Shown in pieces: positions 8,833 through 15,665 of a stretch of 15,665 nucleotides of DNA (position 1 is the first letter of the stretch; the number at the start of each line of letters is the position of its first letter). The notes beneath the pieces were generated by a model. The model was not told where the DNA came from. It saw only the letters and a program-made list of their open reading frames with translations, and made no database searches. The position numbers were made by a program, and so were the translations under genes. The stretch covers positions 82,659 to 98,323 of the forward strand of contig JBBIPC010000013.1 in assembly GCA_037443035.1 (NCBI GenBank), given 5' to 3'. The DNA is from Chthonomonadales bacterium. GTDB lineage: Bacteria; Armatimonadota; Chthonomonadetes; Chthonomonadales; CAJBBX01.

Positions 8833-9657
8833 CTACCCTTTCAGCCCAGTAAGGACGACGCCCCGTACAATGTGGCGCTGGAAGAGCAGAAATGCGACGA
8901 TCACCGGTACCGTCGCCACGGCAGCGGCCGCCATGACCAGTCCGTACTGCATGCTGTACCGTCCCAGGAAGATCATGAGTCCCACAGGCAGCGTGCGCAT
9001 CTCCGTCTCGTTCACGGCGATGAGGGGCAACATGAAATCATTCCATGCGCCGAGAAACGAGAAGATGCCCAGGGTCGCCAGCGCCGGTTTGCCCAGCGGC
9101 AGGATGATCTGACGGTAGATGCCGCCGGTGCTACAGCCGTCGATGACGGCCGCCTCTTCCAGCTCCCTCGGTATAGTCAGGAAGAACTGACGCAGGAGAA
9201 AGACGCCGAAGACCCCCGACAGCCCGGGCACGATGAGCGCATAGTACGTGTTGAACCAGCCGAGCTTCTGCAAGATCAGGAAAACGGGGATGATGGTCAC
9301 CTGGCCGGGGATGACGAGCGTCGCTAGCACTGCGAAGAAGACGGCATCCCGACCCGGGAAATCCAGCCTGGCGAAGGAATAGGCCGCCATGGAGCTGAGC
9401 AGGAGATAGGCGAAGGTCCCCACAAGTGAAACGAGAACGCTGTTGAAGAACCATCGGGTGACAGGTGCCTCCTCGGCCCGCTGCAGCAGTCCCAGGTAGT
9501 TGCTGAGTGTCGGATGCTGGGGCCACCAGTGGGGTACCGGCTGAAAGATCTCCGACTCGGGCAAGAAGGACATCACGAGCATCCAGACCACAGGCGCGAT
9601 GAATAGAACGGCCGCAGCTGTCATAGCGGCGTACAGGAGCACACGAGCCAGCTTCAT
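8833..9657 (-). CDS. Carbohydrate ABC transporter permease (CUT1, MalG/UgpE-like)
   Basis: WFFNSVLVS, MAAYSFARLDFPGRD, EAA motif IPRELEEAAVIDGC, WNDFMLPL and TLPVGL. Start moved to ATG 9657, which overlaps the upstream TGA (ATGA). Confidence 0.93.
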   Translation of the reverse strand: MKLARVLLYAAMTAAAVLFIAPVVWMLVMSFLPESEIFQPVPHWWPQHPTLSNYLGLLQRAEEAPVTRWFFNSVLVSLVGTFAYLLLSSMAAYSFARLDFPGRDAVFFAVLATLVIPGQVTIIPVFLILQKLGWFNTYYALIVPGLSGVFGVFLLRQFFLTIPRELEEAAVIDGCSTGGIYRQIILPLGKPALATLGIFSFLGAWNDFMLPLIAVNETEMRTLPVGLMIFLGRYSMQYGLVMAAAAVATVPVIVAFLLFQRHIVRGVVLTGLKG

Positions 9658-10538
9658 GCGCTGAAGTCCTCCCGGCGACCTGCTACGAGGCGGTACTGAA
9701 CAACCGTCAATCCCAGCACCAGCGCAAAGAGCACGTAGGCCACGGCACATGCATAGCCCATACGGTAAAGGCTGAAGCCTGTCTGGTACATGTAGAGCAC
9801 AACGGTCAGCGTGCTGTAATGGGGACCGCCGCCGGTGAGAATGTAGCTCTGTCCGAACACCTGGGACGACCCGATCAGCGACATGACCAGGCAGAAGAGA
9901 AGCGCCGGCCTAAGAAGTGGTAGCGTCACATGCCGAAACCGCGCCAGCGGCCCGGCGCCGTCTATGCGTGCCGCTTCATAGTATTCCTCCGGTATGCCCC
10001 GCAAGCCGGCCAGATAGACGAGCATGTTGCCCCCTGCACCCCACCAGATGCTCATGAGGGCCAGCGACGGCATGGCGAGCTTCGGGCTATTCAGCCACGC
10101 CAGCCTCGGTGCACCCAGGGCGGAGAGATAGTAGTTGAGGATGCCGAACTCGGTGCTGTAGAGCCACCGCCAGATAATAGCCGTGACCGCGACCGACAGC
10201 ACCACGGGCAGGTAGTAGACCGTCTTGAAGAGTGTCTCGCCTCGGATACGACTGTTCAGCCCCAGAGCCAGGAGGAGCGATACGCCGTTTCCCGGCACCA
10301 CCGTGAGGAGCGCGAAGTAGCCGGTGTTCAGGAGAGCACGGTGGAAGAGATCATCGGCTAGCAACGAACGGTAGTTGGAAAGGCCGATGAACGGCCGCGA
10401 CTGGCCGAGAACGTGCCAGTCGTGCAGGCTGATCCAGAACCCGTACACGACTGGCAGGGCCAGGAAGCCGATGAACAAGAGGAGGTACGGAGCGAGGAAC
10501 ACGTAGGCCGTGAAGCGCTCCTCCCAGCGTCGGTTCAT
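9654..10538 (-). CDS. Carbohydrate ABC transporter permease (CUT1, MalF/UgpA-like)
   Basis: FIGLSNY, EAA motif IPEEYYEAARIDGAG, RHVTLPLLRP, ILTGGGP and GYACAVA. ATGA overlap with the binding-protein stop. Confidence 0.94.
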   Translation of the reverse strand: MNRRWEERFTAYVFLAPYLLLFIGFLALPVVYGFWISLHDWHVLGQSRPFIGLSNYRSLLADDLFHRALLNTGYFALLTVVPGNGVSLLLALGLNSRIRGETLFKTVYYLPVVLSVAVTAIIWRWLYSTEFGILNYYLSALGAPRLAWLNSPKLAMPSLALMSIWWGAGGNMLVYLAGLRGIPEEYYEAARIDGAGPLARFRHVTLPLLRPALLFCLVMSLIGSSQVFGQSYILTGGGPHYSTLTVVLYMYQTGFSLYRMGYACAVAYVLFALVLGLTVVQYRLVAGRREDFSA

Positions 10539-11827
10539 GGCCGTTCCATCACCTGGCTAATCCGCCGGTGGGCCTCCCCCAGCGCCTCTTGCGGGCTTTG
10601 GAGACCGAGGAGTGAAGACTCGACGGCCGCATCATAGAATGGCGTGATCTCCGTCGCCTTGTGGGACGCCGGCTCGAAGACAACGTAGGGCAGCTCTTTG
10701 GCAAACTCCCTCTGCACGCGCATTGCCTCGAAGCGAGGATGGCGCAGTAGGGACTGACGCACAGGGATCTGACCGCCGGCCGCCCAGTCGAGACTGGTGT
10801 CGGATAGATACCGCATGAACCGCCAGGCCAACGCTGCCCGCTCGGGAGCGATCTTGGCGGGCATGCAGAGCATATGGGATCCGCCCCAGGCAGCCTTCCG
10901 ACGACCGAAGAGCGGCACCGGTGCGCCGGCATATTCCAGCCCTTTCTGCTCCTCCAGACTGGAAAGCATGTAGATCCCTTCGATGGCCATGGCCACCCGT
11001 CCCTGCCGAAAGCCCATCCACGAGTCGAAGCCCTCGGGTTTCGGAGCGATGCGGTAGCGGGAGATCATGTCCGCCATGAGCTGGGTGGCTTCTACGTTGG
11101 CAGGTTGGTTGATGGCCGAAGCGCGCAGGTCAGGCGTCAGGATGGACCCACCGAACTGGCTGATGAACGTGATCCAGTTGGTCCGTAGCCAAGTGAACGC
11201 GAAGCCCCATTGGTCCGGGCGTCCATCGCCGTCGCTGTCGCGGGTGAGCTTCCGAGCCGTGTCGAGGAACTCCGCAAGCGTGGACGGCGGTCGGGCTCGG
11301 CCGGTGGCGTCCACGATCCCGGCCTGGCGGAACAGCTTCTCGTTGTAGTAGAGTCCCTGCGGGTGGCAGTCCAAAGGGAGCCCGTACTGCTTACCTTCGT
11401 AGCGCGCCGCACTCAGGATGTTGGGTATGATATCGCTGAGCGGGAAGCTCCTGTCTCCGGCAACGACATCGTCCAGCGATCGCATGACGCCGTAACGGGC
11501 GAACTCCGCAAGACGATTGGCATGGCAGATGAACACGTCCGGAGCGCCCCCGTACGCCAGCGACAGGGTGAGCTTGTCGTAGTAGGTGGCCCAGGGGATG
11601 ATCTGCATTTTCACACGGAGGCCAGTATCCTCCTGGAAACGTTTGACGATCCGCTCCATGGTGGTGCCATCTGGTCCCGTGAAACCATTCCAGAATCGCA
11701 GGACGCCCGGCTCGGCCACCACGTGTGGAGGACGCCGTCCGCAGCCACCGACCACGAGAACTGCCACGGACACAAGCAGCGCTGTTCCCGCGCTCGCTGC
11801 CGAACCGCCGATTCTCCGCAAGGACAA
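10535..11827 (-). CDS. Sugar ABC transporter substrate-binding lipoprotein (SBP_bac_1/8 type)
   Basis: Hydrophobic signal ending VVGGC (lipobox-like), then FWNGFTGPDG, GGAPDVF, YEGKQYGLPLD, LYYNEKLF and FRQGRVAMAIEG. TTG start uncertain. Confidence 0.92.
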   Translation of the reverse strand: MSLRRIGGSAASAGTALLVSVAVLVVGGCGRRPPHVVAEPGVLRFWNGFTGPDGTTMERIVKRFQEDTGLRVKMQIIPWATYYDKLTLSLAYGGAPDVFICHANRLAEFARYGVMRSLDDVVAGDRSFPLSDIIPNILSAARYEGKQYGLPLDCHPQGLYYNEKLFRQAGIVDATGRARPPSTLAEFLDTARKLTRDSDGDGRPDQWGFAFTWLRTNWITFISQFGGSILTPDLRASAINQPANVEATQLMADMISRYRIAPKPEGFDSWMGFRQGRVAMAIEGIYMLSSLEEQKGLEYAGAPVPLFGRRKAAWGGSHMLCMPAKIAPERAALAWRFMRYLSDTSLDWAAGGQIPVRQSLLRHPRFEAMRVQREFAKELPYVVFEPASHKATEITPFYDAAVESSLLGLQSPQEALGEAHRRISQVMERP

Positions 11828-11843
11828 TCCCCAGCCGATTCCC

Positions 11844-12851
11844 CTACGGCGCCGTCTGTGGCGTTACTGTTGGGCCCAGCATGTAGGGTGTATCCCCACG
11901 CCAGAAGAGCCGGTCAATGCGCAATGTGCGGCCCAAGGGATTGGACCCGTACATAGGCTCGTTCTGGTCGTCCCAGCCATGATACGCCATCCACGTCTGG
12001 CCGTTGGGGAGCGTGATGATGCATTGGTGGCCTGGCCCATAGACCTTGCCAGGCACGGTCTCGAGGAGGGCGCCCGGTGACTTGGCGTAAGGACCTCGTA
12101 GCGAACGCGCCTGGGCGTGGAAGACGGCGTAAGACGCGTCCCTCTTGTACGACTGGAACCATCCTCCCGAGTAGAACAGATGGTAGATACCCCGACGGCG
12201 AATGAGCGTCGGCGCTTCTGTGACGCCCTTCTCCTCGGGCCTATCCGGCTTGATCAAGGCCGACACATCATCCTTCACGCTCAGGAGATCTGGCGCCATG
12301 CTCCGAATTACGATGCTTCGGGGGTCTTCTTCGGAGTAGACGAGGTACGGCTTACGGTCGCCATCGAAGAACACGGTTGTGTCAATGACCCCTACCCGGT
12401 TCGCACCGGCGCGCACGAGGATGGCCTTGTGCACGAAAGGACCCAGCGGGTGCTCGGCCACCGCGATGCCGATGTCGTGCTTGCGCGTCTCGGGGTTCAG
12501 GGCGGAGTAGGTCATGTAGAGCTTGCCCTTGTATGCGATAACTTCGGGTGCCCACAAGTGCTCCTTCGACCATGGCGGTTCGAAACACCCGCCTCGGTGG
12601 GTCCAATGCACCAAGTCGGGCGACTCCATGACCTGGAAGCCACCTGGGCCCGAATGGGTCGCATAGGCGTAGTACTTCCCCTCCCAGCGGATGATGAACG
12701 GATCAGGGAAATCCCGTGCCCAAACGGGGTTCGTGTAGGTGCGTGCGCGTGGACGCGGCCCACGCGAAGATGCGCCTTGCGGGGCGGCGCTCATTGCCAT
12801 CCACCCCGCAAGGCCAGCCACTATCAGCAGACCTGCCCTATGGAAAGGCAT
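11844..12851 (-). CDS. Exported glycoside hydrolase family 43 (arabinanase/xylosidase/arabinofuranosidase-like five-blade propeller)
   Basis: NPV...FPDP (catalytic base Asp), WAPEV, IDTTVF (pKa-modulating Asp), TEAP (catalytic acid Glu) and GPGH. N-terminal signal-peptide-like segment. Confidence 0.9.
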   Translation of the reverse strand: MPFHRAGLLIVAGLAGWMAMSAAPQGASSRGPRPRARTYTNPVWARDFPDPFIIRWEGKYYAYATHSGPGGFQVMESPDLVHWTHRGGCFEPPWSKEHLWAPEVIAYKGKLYMTYSALNPETRKHDIGIAVAEHPLGPFVHKAILVRAGANRVGVIDTTVFFDGDRKPYLVYSEEDPRSIVIRSMAPDLLSVKDDVSALIKPDRPEEKGVTEAPTLIRRRGIYHLFYSGGWFQSYKRDASYAVFHAQARSLRGPYAKSPGALLETVPGKVYGPGHQCIITLPNGQTWMAYHGWDDQNEPMYGSNPLGRTLRIDRLFWRGDTPYMLGPTVTPQTAP

Positions 12852-12860
12852 GGCACAGGT

Positions 12861-13703
12861 CTATGGCACGTGGAAGTTGCAGCGGTCGTCCCAGCCGCTG
12901 AAGTTTTGGCGCCACATGGTAGGCGTAACCGTGTGGCCACCCTTGACCACATCGGGGCCGATGCGGCGCCAGGTTGCCGCCCACTGGAGGAACTTCGCGT
13001 GACCGTCCAGGAAACCGTAGTTGGCCCCCCCGGTACCATTTGTCGCAACGTCGTCCCGGTTGGCGACTTTGGAGTGTCGGTCGAAGGCGACATTATGGCC
13101 GAAGTCCCTGCATACGTAGCCCTCGTCGGCCTCCCAGGTTGCCACCTGATGCCACTCCGCGTTGTTCCAGCCTGGTCGGCTTTCCACAAGCTGGATCGAC
13201 TCGGCCACCTGGTCAATGGAGGAAAGTTTCAGCGCATTCCATGGACCGTTCGGATAGTCACTGATGTTCAGACGGTAGGAGCCAGGAATGTTATCGGCCG
13301 TGGGGGCGTCCGGCAGCCCGCTCCAACTGTCGTTCCAGAGCCCTCTGGTATAGCTCTCGCTGTCCGAGGGACACTGGTACAGGTTCTTGTTCTTGATGTA
13401 GGCCTGGATGACATAGTCCCAGCCCCACATAGGGTCGCGCCACGGCCAGCAGTAGCGCCCGCCGTTGGGGCAGCCGTTCCAGCTCGGCTCGTCGTTGAAC
13501 CATGCCTTGGGCATGTACTCATCGTAATCCTGCGCGAACATCTGCAGCGCCATCGTGAGCTGCTTCATGTTGGACAGGCAGGAAATGGAACGTGCCTTCT
13601 CCCTCGCCTGGGCGAAAACGGGGAAGAGGATGGCTGCCAGTATCGCGATGATCGCGATAACCACCAGCAGCTCGATCAGGGTAAAGCCGAGAGATCGTTT
13701 CAC
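12861..13703 (-). CDS. Type IV pilin-like protein: prepilin N-terminal cleavage/methylation motif, DUF1559 (SBP_bac_10) and H-X9-DG-type C-terminal motif
   Basis: [37 protein letters not shown]...CLSNMKQL...DYDE, YQCPSD and RH...[13 protein letters not shown]. Strong SD GAAGGAGG before GTG at 13703, which gives a proper short basic prepilin leader. Confidence 0.92.
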   Translation of the reverse strand: MKRSLGFTLIELLVVIAIIAILAAILFPVFAQAREKARSISCLSNMKQLTMALQMFAQDYDEYMPKAWFNDEPSWNGCPNGGRYCWPWRDPMWGWDYVIQAYIKNKNLYQCPSDSESYTRGLWNDSWSGLPDAPTADNIPGSYRLNISDYPNGPWNALKLSSIDQVAESIQLVESRPGWNNAEWHQVATWEADEGYVCRDFGHNVAFDRHSKVANRDDVATNGTGGANYGFLDGHAKFLQWAATWRRIGPDVVKGGHTVTPTMWRQNFSGWDDRCNFHVP

Positions 13704-13837
13704 AGAACCCTCCTTCTTGGCCGAATCCGTCGGCCTCGGTAATGGCGCGCCGAGGTCCGCTCTTCCGCGGCACCATCGGCGCATGTCGCGTAGTGTGCAC
13801 CGCTCGTAACTTGTGTCCTTGCCATGTGATCGGCCAC

Positions 13838-14197
13838 CTATCGGCCACCAGGTCGGCTGCCGTAGGCGCCACTGTAGGGACTAGAACCTGGCTGACCCTG
13901 GCCCGCAGGTCCCCTGCCGTAGGCGCCACTGTAGGGATTACCGCCGGATAGTTGACCGCTATAAGGTCCGGCGCCTGCAGATGTCCCGGGTCCTGCTGGG
14001 CGCTGGCCGTAGGGATTCTCGCCCCGCTTGCCGTAGCCAGGGGGTTGGTACGCTTCCTTGGGAAAGGTCCGTGGGTCCCTGGGACCACCAGCCGTGAGCG
14101 CTCGGAATCCCACCACCGCCAGCACAACCACCCCGATGGCTATGACGACCCATAGCGCCCAGGGAGGCAGTTCCGGCCCACCCTTGAGCCCTTTCAA
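13838..14197 (-). CDS. Small single-pass membrane protein with a Gly/Pro/Tyr-rich low-complexity repeat tail (hypothetical)
   Basis: SD GAAGGAGG upstream of a TTG that overlaps the regulator's TGA (TTGA). One hydrophobic helix ([19 protein letters not shown]), then NPYG, GPYSG and two copies of PYSGAYG. Confidence 0.75.
   Translation of the reverse strand: MKGLKGGPELPPWALWVVIAIGVVVLAVVGFRALTAGGPRDPRTFPKEAYQPPGYGKRGENPYGQRPAGPGTSAGAGPYSGQLSGGNPYSGAYGRGPAGQGQPGSSPYSGAYGSRPGGR
13857..13937. repeat. 24-bp exact direct repeat, two copies 57 bp apart and in frame, inside the small gene
   Basis: CTGCCGTAGGCGCCACTGTAGGGA at 13857-13880 and 13914-13937. It encodes PYSGAYG twice. Confidence 0.9.
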
Positions 14198-15162
14198 GTT
14201 CCTGTTCCTCCTTCGTCAATGCCCCGCCGTGGAGCATGGTTCCTCGGTACGTAGTGGAGACGCACCGTCGGGTCCTGATCGTAATTGCCGAATCCCCTGC
14301 CGAATAAGTTGAAGCCTCCCCGATGCTGGGCGTCGGCCTTGATGCCAATGCGGACGGAGATCGGTCCACGAGGCTCCATGCCGATCTCCGAAATCGTCGG
14401 CCCTGGCACCGACAGACCGTCCACGTAACAGCCTTCCCTGTCCACCGACCAGACCTTCATCATCCCGTACTGGGTCATGTGGTCGCTCCACCAGGGAGGG
14501 TTCAGCCGTCCGCGCCGCCCGCCCAAGTCCCCCGGTGAGGTCCACGTTCCCACCTCGGCACCGTTCAACCACACGGTAATGTCCGAGGGGTGATCATTGT
14601 CGTAGTCCGGACATTCGGAGCAGACCTCGGCAAGGAACTCGAACCGGACCACCTCGACGGAGGATGGGAGCGTGTTGGGAAACACGTACTCCACGAACCC
14701 ATCCTGCATCCAGAGGAGACGGGCCGTGCCCCGATCCGGGTGATAGAACGACTGCGGCTCGTCCAAGAAACCGATGACTCGTTCGGAGTTGACCAGACCG
14801 CATGTGGGGACAGGTCGGGCCTGAGTGAATAGCCCGACCGGCATGCTTATTTCTTCCACGCAATCCTCAGGGGAACGGAAGCCGTTGAGCGCGATGACCA
14901 CCCGCTCGACGGCGATGTGACAGCGCTTCTGCATGCCCTGTACGCCAGGCATGTACTCACTCTGCACCAGCCCAGCCTGCTCGAGGATCTGCATGTGCTT
15001 CGTGACCGTCGGTTGGGACAACCCGAGCGCGGCACCGATCTCGTTGATATTCCGGTCACCGTCGGCGAGCAGGTTGAGAATGCGCAGGCGCGTCTCCGAG
15101 CCCAGCGCCCGAAAGGTATCGGCGCTCGTCTTCACGCTTAGCTGAAGAACGCCTGAAGGCAT
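14194..15162 (-). CDS. ArsR-type HTH transcriptional regulator with a large C-terminal domain (COG4189-like)
   Basis: FRALGSETRLRIL...NINEIGAALGLSQPTVTKHMQILEQAGLV, then GMQKRC, MPVGLF, PTCGL, GFVEYVFPN, EVCSECP, PSDITVWLNG, WTSPGDLGGRRGRLNPPWW, TQYG and GGFNLFGRGFGNYDQD. From recall, this family often lies beside GH43/GH51 arabinan genes. Confidence 0.88.
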   Translation of the reverse strand: MPSGVLQLSVKTSADTFRALGSETRLRILNLLADGDRNINEIGAALGLSQPTVTKHMQILEQAGLVQSEYMPGVQGMQKRCHIAVERVVIALNGFRSPEDCVEEISMPVGLFTQARPVPTCGLVNSERVIGFLDEPQSFYHPDRGTARLLWMQDGFVEYVFPNTLPSSVEVVRFEFLAEVCSECPDYDNDHPSDITVWLNGAEVGTWTSPGDLGGRRGRLNPPWWSDHMTQYGMMKVWSVDREGCYVDGLSVPGPTISEIGMEPRGPISVRIGIKADAQHRGGFNLFGRGFGNYDQDPTVRLHYVPRNHAPRRGIDEGGTGT

Positions 15163-15197
15163 GGCACGTGCCTGTGCTCGATAGCTTACTCGCTATG

Positions 15198-15226
15198 AGT
15201 ATAGCAGAACGTGCAAGAAAACGCAA
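15198..15226 (-). promoter_or_regulatory. Sigma70-type promoter for the regulator/pilin/GH43/ABC locus
   Basis: Minus strand TTGCGT (15226-15221), 17-nt spacer, TATACT (15203-15198), with an extended -10 TGn. Located about 35 nt upstream of the regulator ATG. Confidence 0.7.
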
Positions 15227-15235
15227 GCATGCCGC

Positions 15236-15426
15236 GTTGCTTCACGCAATGTCTAACTCTGGACGGCGTGTTGCCTTAGATAAGAACCTGACTGTGTGTC
15301 TCCGATTGTTGGGGGACGCGCAGGACGAAGTATGAGGCACAAGATGAGTATGTGCGCAAGGCGGCAGCTGGTCTGGGCTCAGGCGAAGCGCTACCGCAAC
15401 GCCAAGAAGGAGGCAAGGGGCGGATG
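15236..15426 (+). mobile_element. Probable IS left end with a truncated, frameshifted transposase N-terminus (rve/DDE type, family not assigned)
   Basis: 15332-15414 reads MRHKMSMCARRQLVWAQAKRYRNAKKE, and a shifted frame gives KGRM (15415-15426). This resembles the 'R..L......RY..A.K.EKGRILDE' N-terminus recalled for integrase-core transposases. Two imperfect GTTGC...CTRACT motifs lie upstream at 15236-15258 and 15270-15293. Confidence 0.45.
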
Positions 15427-15534
15427 CACCCGAGCCCTCCTGCCTGGTCGGCCCCACGCCGATGCCTCCTCCGACGGGCTTCTGGACGTTCCCGCCGCAT
15501 GTGGTTCGAGCGGCAACCCGGTCAATCGTCGCAC

Positions 15535-15633
15535 GTAGGGGGGAGCTCCAAACCCGCCCATACCGATGCCAACGTGGTCAATCCGAAACCGACGCACGGC
15601 CGCACACGGGCAGCCACCGGGGGCTGCCCCTAC
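15535..15633. repeat. Inverted pair of GTAG-type REP-like palindromes (REPIN-like)
   Basis: Minus strand 15633-15608: GTAG-GGGCAGCC-CCCGGT-GGCTGCCC (perfect 8-bp stem). Plus strand 15535-15559: GTAG-GGGGGAGCTC-C-AAACCCGCCC (degenerate hairpin). Confidence 0.6.
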
Positions 15634-15642
15634 GAACTGCGT

Positions 15643-15665
15643 CTCCCCTTTTGCGGGGAGGGTCG
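15643..15665 (+). repeat. Start of a second palindromic repeat type (CTCCCC...GGGGAG-GG), cut by the window edge
   Basis: CTCCCC-TTTTGC-GGGGAG hairpin followed by GGTCG. Resembles the widespread 'CTCTCCC...GGGAGAGGG...GGGTGAGGG' intergenic repeats. Confidence 0.35.

Noticed and set aside
12849..12873. GTGCCAT(G/A) seen twice before GH43 and once before the regulator ATG
   Set aside because: The motif is short and GC-rich, one copy is coding sequence, and chance explains it adequately.
13704..13784. Longer pilin N-terminus from the ORF track (start 13784), and likewise the extensions at 9750 and 6293
   Set aside because: Downstream starts have a better SD or stop/start coupling and match the family N-termini.
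13857..13937. 24-bp direct repeats with a 33-bp spacer, superficially like a mini-CRISPR
   Set aside because: There are only two copies, they are in frame (57-bp period) inside a plausible CDS encoding PYSGAYG twice, and there is no leader or cas gene.
15242..15597. Short ORFs in the right intergenic region as intact genes
   Set aside because: They run through the IS-like remnant and REP-like hairpins and give no coherent product.
8655..15665. Possible genomic island integrated at the ssrA 3' end
   Set aside because: There is no integrase, no duplicated tmRNA 3' fragment (GGTTCGAG at ~15503 does not extend), and the native terminator is intact.

Overview
GC-rich bacterial chromosome segment, most likely Armatimonadota (inferred from the '[17 protein letters not shown]' prepilin/DUF1559 signature). 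Left to right: (i) a minus-strand run of a secreted metallophosphoesterase, a GH38 alpha-mannosidase and a GH4 glycosidase; (ii) a divergent DUF1905/YdeI-OmpD gene; (iii) a perR-ahpC peroxide-stress operon, with a Cys-rich N-terminal tail on the peroxiredoxin and a palindromic operator upstream; (iv) a one-piece tmRNA (ssrA, tag ANTSQYAYAA) with a -10 box and a terminator; (v) a seven-gene minus-strand carbohydrate locus: ArsR-HTH regulator, small membrane-anchored Gly/Pro/Tyr-repeat protein, Trp-rich type IV pilin-like DUF1559 protein, exported GH43, sugar-binding lipoprotein and two ABC permeases with no ATPase; (vi) a right-end intergenic zone with a probable IS-end/transposase remnant and REP-like palindromes. 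The best candidate for an undescribed system is the pilin-like protein plus small partner embedded in the glycan uptake operon, possibly a pilus-based glycan capture module. All family assignments come from motif recognition by eye; no searches were run.
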